DNA from: Herpetosiphonaceae bacterium
GTDB taxonomy: Bacteria > Chloroflexota > Chloroflexia > Chloroflexales > Kallotenuaceae
Reading direction: 5' to 3'
Assembly (NCBI GenBank): GCA_036374795.1
Contig: DASUTC010000210.1
Coordinates: 2,533-66,532, forward strand
DNA: 64,000 nt
A program made the position numbers and the translations under genes. Shown here piece after piece: positions 60,521-64,000 of the stretch (the first letter of the stretch is position 1; each line of letters begins with the position of its first letter). Below the pieces are notes generated by a model. That model made no database searches, had not been told where the DNA came from, and was given only the letters and a program-made list of their open reading frames with translations.

Positions 60521-60733
60521 ACGGGTGCCTCGTGATCGATGTTCGCTCAGCGCGCCGCGCGGTAGCTGGTCGGTGCGCTGCAAGATCCGCCTGGCTGCCA
60601 CTGTAGCAAGCGAGCCGGTGCGCCGCGTAGCGATCCGCCCACCAGCGGTAGCCGTTATGCCATCCAGCGCGGGCGTCGGGGATAAGCGTAAAGGTCGACG
60701 TGATCGACTTCAAAGGTTTGAGGTGATCGAGCT

Positions 60734-61132
60734 ATGAACAGACAACGTATTGCGACGGGCACGACGTGGGAGTCGATCGTCGGCTACTCGCGGGCGGTGC
60801 GGATCGGTCCCTTTGTGCATGTCGCTGGAACCACGGCAACCGATCCCGATGGCAAGATCGTCGGCATCGGCGATCCGTACGCCCAGACGATCCAGATCCT
60901 CCGCAACATCGAGGCGGCGCTGCAAGCCGCCGGTGCCAGCCTGGAGGACGTGGTGCGCACGCGGATCTATGTCGTCAATATCGACGATTGGGGGCAGATC
61001 GGCAGGGCACACGGCGAGTTCTTTCACGCGATCCGCCCGGCGACGAGCATGGTCGAGGTGCGGCGCTTGATCCGGCCAGAGATCCTGGTCGAGATCGAGG
61101 CTGAGGCGGTGATCGCCGAGGCGCTGGCCTGA
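60734..61132 (+). CDS. RidA/YjgF family protein
   Basis: Length and C-terminal VEIEAEAV are typical of the RidA fold. GAGGTG RBS. Confidence 0.8.
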   Translation: MNRQRIATGTTWESIVGYSRAVRIGPFVHVAGTTATDPDGKIVGIGDPYAQTIQILRNIEAALQAAGASLEDVVRTRIYVVNIDDWGQIGRAHGEFFHAIRPATSMVEVRRLIRPEILVEIEAEAVIAEALA

Positions 61133-61142
61133 GCGCTGGCGT

Positions 61143-61244
61143 GCGGCGCCTGTGTATAAGCTGACACTCGTCACTCGCAATACGGATGATTTTGACTGGA
61201 TTGACGGTCTAACCCTCTTCAATCCGTTTACATCCTCCCAGTAG
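61143..61244 (+). pseudogene. C-terminal remnant of a PIN-domain (VapC-like) toxin
   Basis: My translation is ...AAPVYKLTLVTRNTDDFDWIDGLTLFNPFTSSQ*. This matches the canonical VapC tail (LVTRNxxDFxxIxGLxLxNP). No N-terminal part and no antitoxin are present. Confidence 0.5.
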
Positions 61245-61446
61245 ATCTTCGCCGTGCATAGGCGACGCCGCTAGTGGATTTGCGAGATGCGGGGGACACG
61301 TCGCGCACGTGTCCCAGGCAGTTGTTAGCACCCGCCTGCGCCGTAGCCGTACTAGCCGAACTTCCAGGTTGGGCCTCATCGACTAGCCGATGCTGCCACG
61401 CTGGCCGCGCGCTACACTCATGATCAACAATGAAACGGAGGACGAT

Positions 61447-62349
61447 ATGAGTGACAACGTGCTAGCCGATCTGTCGACGCAGATGGCGAACGCAGTTGAG
61501 CGGGCGGGCCGCTCCACGGTTTTGGTCAATGGTCGCCAGCGCTTTCCCGCGAGTGGTATTGCCATCGCCGCCGACCTGATCCTGACCGCCGACCACGTGG
61601 TCGAGCGCGACGAAGATATCAGTATCGTGACACACGACGGTACCGAGGCCAAAGCGCAGCTTGTCGGACGCGACCCGGCGACCGATATTGCGGTGCTGCG
61701 CGTGTCGGGCGTGACGCTTGAGCCAGCGACACAGGCCAGCGAGCCAGCGCGGGTGGGGCAACTGATCCTGGCGCTCGGACGGCCCAGCACGAGCGGCCCG
61801 ATGGCAAGTCTCGGCATCGTCAGCGCGGTAGGCGGGCCGTGGCGCGGCGGACGCGGCGGTATGATCGAGCGCATTATTCGCACCGACGCGACGCCCTATC
61901 CCGGCTTTTCGGGCGGCCCGCTGATCACCGCTGACGGCGCGATCGTCGGCATGACGACTACGGGGCTGTCGAACGGCCCGGCGATCGGTATTCCCAGCTC
62001 GATCGCCTGGAGCATCGCGCAGACGCTAACGCAGCACGGCTCGCTCAAGCGCGGCTATCTTGGCATCAGCTCGCAGCCGGTACGTCTGCCCGACAATACT
62101 CCCACGATCAGCGGCACGCGGCCCAGCGTCGGCCTGCTGCTGGTGCATGTCGAGCCGAATAGCCCGGCGGCGAACGCCGGTCTGCTGCTGGGCGATGTGC
62201 TGGTGGCGATGAACGGGCAGATCGTCGAGAGCGCGGATGATTTGCAGGCGTTTCTGACCGGCGATAAAGTTGGTCAGGCGCAAACGGCGCAGATCATTCG
62301 CGGCGGCGAGCTGCGCGAGCTATCGGTCACGGTTGGTACGCGCTCGTAG
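61447..62349 (+). CDS. HtrA/DegP-like S1C serine protease with PDZ domain
   Basis: Triad contexts LTADHVV, DIAVLRV and GFSGGPL. C-terminal PDZ domain (GLLLGDVLVAMNG). Confidence 0.8.
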   Translation: MSDNVLADLSTQMANAVERAGRSTVLVNGRQRFPASGIAIAADLILTADHVVERDEDISIVTHDGTEAKAQLVGRDPATDIAVLRVSGVTLEPATQASEPARVGQLILALGRPSTSGPMASLGIVSAVGGPWRGGRGGMIERIIRTDATPYPGFSGGPLITADGAIVGMTTTGLSNGPAIGIPSSIAWSIAQTLTQHGSLKRGYLGISSQPVRLPDNTPTISGTRPSVGLLLVHVEPNSPAANAGLLLGDVLVAMNGQIVESADDLQAFLTGDKVGQAQTAQIIRGGELRELSVTVGTRS

Positions 62350-62377
62350 CACGCCGATAGGCCGGGTTTGGGGCGTC

Positions 62378-62406
62378 AGAACCAAGAACCGAGAGATCGA
62401 AACTCC
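62378..62406. repeat. Short heptad-repeat patch
   Basis: CAGAACCAAGAACCGAGAGATCGAAACTCC, between the two htrA paralogs. Confidence 0.6.
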
Positions 62407-62442
62407 TATCGATCGTTCCTGCTGCAAGCTCAAGAGGAAGAT

Positions 62443-63372
62443 ATGTTGGAACAGGAGTCTGTAACAGGCGCTACACTGCTGTCGCGGGCAATTTCCGATG
62501 GGCTGGCCGGGCTCATCGGCAAGGTTCAGGATAGCGTGGTGCAGGTGCGGAGCGGGCGGCGCGGCTCCGGCTCCGGCATCGTGTGGCGGTCGGATGGCAT
62601 CGTCATGACCAACCATCACGTTGTGGGCAGCCGCGAGCATGTATCGGTGCTCTTCAACGACGACCGCGAGATCCAGGCACGGGTGATCGCCCGCGATCCG
62701 GTGCTGGATCTGGCGGCGCTCAGCGTGGACGCGATCGGCCTGCCCGCGGCGGAGATCGGCGTGTCGTCGACGCTGCGCGTGGGCGAGCTGGTGCTGGCGG
62801 TGGGCAATCCCTGGGGCCAGCGCGGCGTGGTCACGGCAGGGATCATCAGCGCGGTCGGCGAGATCGAAACGTCGTGGCGCAGCGGCAAAGCCGAGTATAT
62901 TCGCTCCGACGTGCGTCTCGCGCCGGGCAACTCCGGCGGTCCGCTGCTGGACGCGCAGGGCCGCGTGATCGGCGTCAACGCGATGATCTTCGGCGGCGAT
63001 CTGGGCGTGGCGATTCCCAGCCATATCGCGACGCAGTTCTTGCTGGTGGCGGAGGGCCAGCGCCCGATGCTTGGCGTCGGCGTGCAGCCGGTGCCGCTTC
63101 CGGCCAGCTTCCAGGCGTTGGCGCAGCGTGATCGCGGGCTGCTGGTGGTCGAGCTGCTGTCGGGCGGCGCGGCGGAGCGGGCGGGCTTCTACATCGGCGA
63201 TGTGCTGCTGGACGTGGCGGGCAAGCCCGTGCTGGACGGGCATAGCCTGACCTACGCGCTGGCCGAGCACCGCGCAGGCGATGCGGTGGGCGTGCGCTAT
63301 CTGCGTGGCGGCGAGATCCGCGACGCCGATGTCGCGCTGGATGCGTTTCCGGCGCAGCGGGTAGCGGCGTGA
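62443..63372 (+). CDS. HtrA/DegP-like S1C serine protease with PDZ domain (paralog 2)
   Basis: MTNHHVV, DLAALSV and GNSGGPL. PDZ domain (GFYIGDVLLDVAG). Confidence 0.8.
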   Translation: MLEQESVTGATLLSRAISDGLAGLIGKVQDSVVQVRSGRRGSGSGIVWRSDGIVMTNHHVVGSREHVSVLFNDDREIQARVIARDPVLDLAALSVDAIGLPAAEIGVSSTLRVGELVLAVGNPWGQRGVVTAGIISAVGEIETSWRSGKAEYIRSDVRLAPGNSGGPLLDAQGRVIGVNAMIFGGDLGVAIPSHIATQFLLVAEGQRPMLGVGVQPVPLPASFQALAQRDRGLLVVELLSGGAAERAGFYIGDVLLDVAGKPVLDGHSLTYALAEHRAGDAVGVRYLRGGEIRDADVALDAFPAQRVAA

Positions 63373-63986
63373 TTCGGGTGGCGGTGATCGCGGCGGCGCC
63401 AGCGGTGCGGGCGGGCCTGCGCGTCTTGCTGGCCTCCGATCCGTCGCTCCAGGTGATCGGCGACGGCGCGACGCTGGACGATCTTCGGCACGCGCCACTC
63501 GCCGCCGCCGAGGTTGCGGTGCTGCATGGCCTGCTGCCGAGCGGGCGTCTGGCGGTGCCGGATACGCTGCGCGGCGTGCTGCTCGTCACCGACGAGGGAG
63601 AGGCCGGGCTTGGGTCGCCTGCGGTTGGCTGCGCCTGGGGCATGTTGCCGGGCGATGCCTCTGCCGAGGAGCTGATCGCAGGCGTTACCGCGCTGTACCA
63701 CGGCCTGTTGGTGATCCATCCGCATCTTGCAGCGCAGGTCCTGGTGTCGGCGGGCACCCTTCGTGCCGATGCCGACGAGCCATTGGCCGAGCCGCTGACG
63801 ACGCGGGAACAGGAGGTGTTGCAACTGATTGGACAAGGGCTGTCCAATAAAATGATCGCCGATCGTCTGCACATCAGCGAGCATACCGTCAAATTCCATG
63901 TTTCGGCGATCTATGCCAAACTTGGCGTCGCCAGCCGCACCGAAGCCGTGCGCTCAGGCGCGCGCCGTGGGCTGATCGTCCTGTGA
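63369..63986 (+). CDS. LuxR/NarL-type regulator with degenerate (non-phosphorylatable-looking) receiver
   Basis: C-terminal HTH LTTREQEVLQLIGQGLSNKMIADRLHISEHTVKFHV. The N-terminus reads VAVIAAAPAVRAGL where the acidic DD pocket is expected. GTG 63369 overlaps the upstream TGA. Confidence 0.75.
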   Translation: MIRVAVIAAAPAVRAGLRVLLASDPSLQVIGDGATLDDLRHAPLAAAEVAVLHGLLPSGRLAVPDTLRGVLLVTDEGEAGLGSPAVGCAWGMLPGDASAEELIAGVTALYHGLLVIHPHLAAQVLVSAGTLRADADEPLAEPLTTREQEVLQLIGQGLSNKMIADRLHISEHTVKFHVSAIYAKLGVASRTEAVRSGARRGLIVL

Positions 63987-64000
63987 CGACTGGGGCGTGC

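Overview
High-GC bacterial chromosomal segment (roughly two-thirds G+C, judged by eye). Gene content and protein style suggest a Chloroflexota/Thermomicrobia-like organism, but that is inference only. I call about 55 protein genes and saw no rRNA, tRNA or CRISPR array. Contents in order: (1) A GNAT gene cut by the left edge, leuB, a LAS/M15-like peptidase, a membrane parvulin PPIase, a DUF892 gene and gltB (1-10.1 kb). (2) A 10-kb minus-strand arginine operon: argG, a His-phosphatase, argJ, argH, a short NAGS-like GNAT, argC, argB, argD, carA and ung (11.5-21.7 kb). It appears to be preceded by a near-leaderless 24-codon leader peptide with four consecutive Arg codons plus an intrinsic terminator, which looks like a ribosome-mediated arginine attenuator. 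(3) A 1481-aa secreted protein built from about 14 Ig-like modules. (4) Redox and hydrolase genes. (5) A roughly 3-kb low-GC islet (30.85-33.9 kb) carrying a secreted trypsin-like protease and a lipoprotein, bracketed by a duplicated 3' end of an alpha/beta-hydrolase gene. (6) recD2. (7) An envelope-polysaccharide cluster (41.5-48.1 kb). (8) obg, tatA, a DprA-like gene, an Ntn-asparaginase and def. (9) An ArsD-like ORF with an in-frame TGA where ArsD has a conserved Cys. (10) An SOS-box-like promoter upstream of a hypothetical gene plus ssb. (11) A hybrid HK/OmpR pair, ppsR, a RidA gene, a PIN-toxin remnant, two htrA paralogs and an atypical LuxR regulator. The most pervasive unexplained signal is a dispersed family of tandem heptanucleotide (GAAC-Y-N-R)n arrays at 11 loci. 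Three copies carry a 50-60-nt GC-rich palindromic core and one sits in frame inside a CDS. ORF-track starts include GTG/TTG and often run into these repeats, so I moved many starts to RBS-supported codons.
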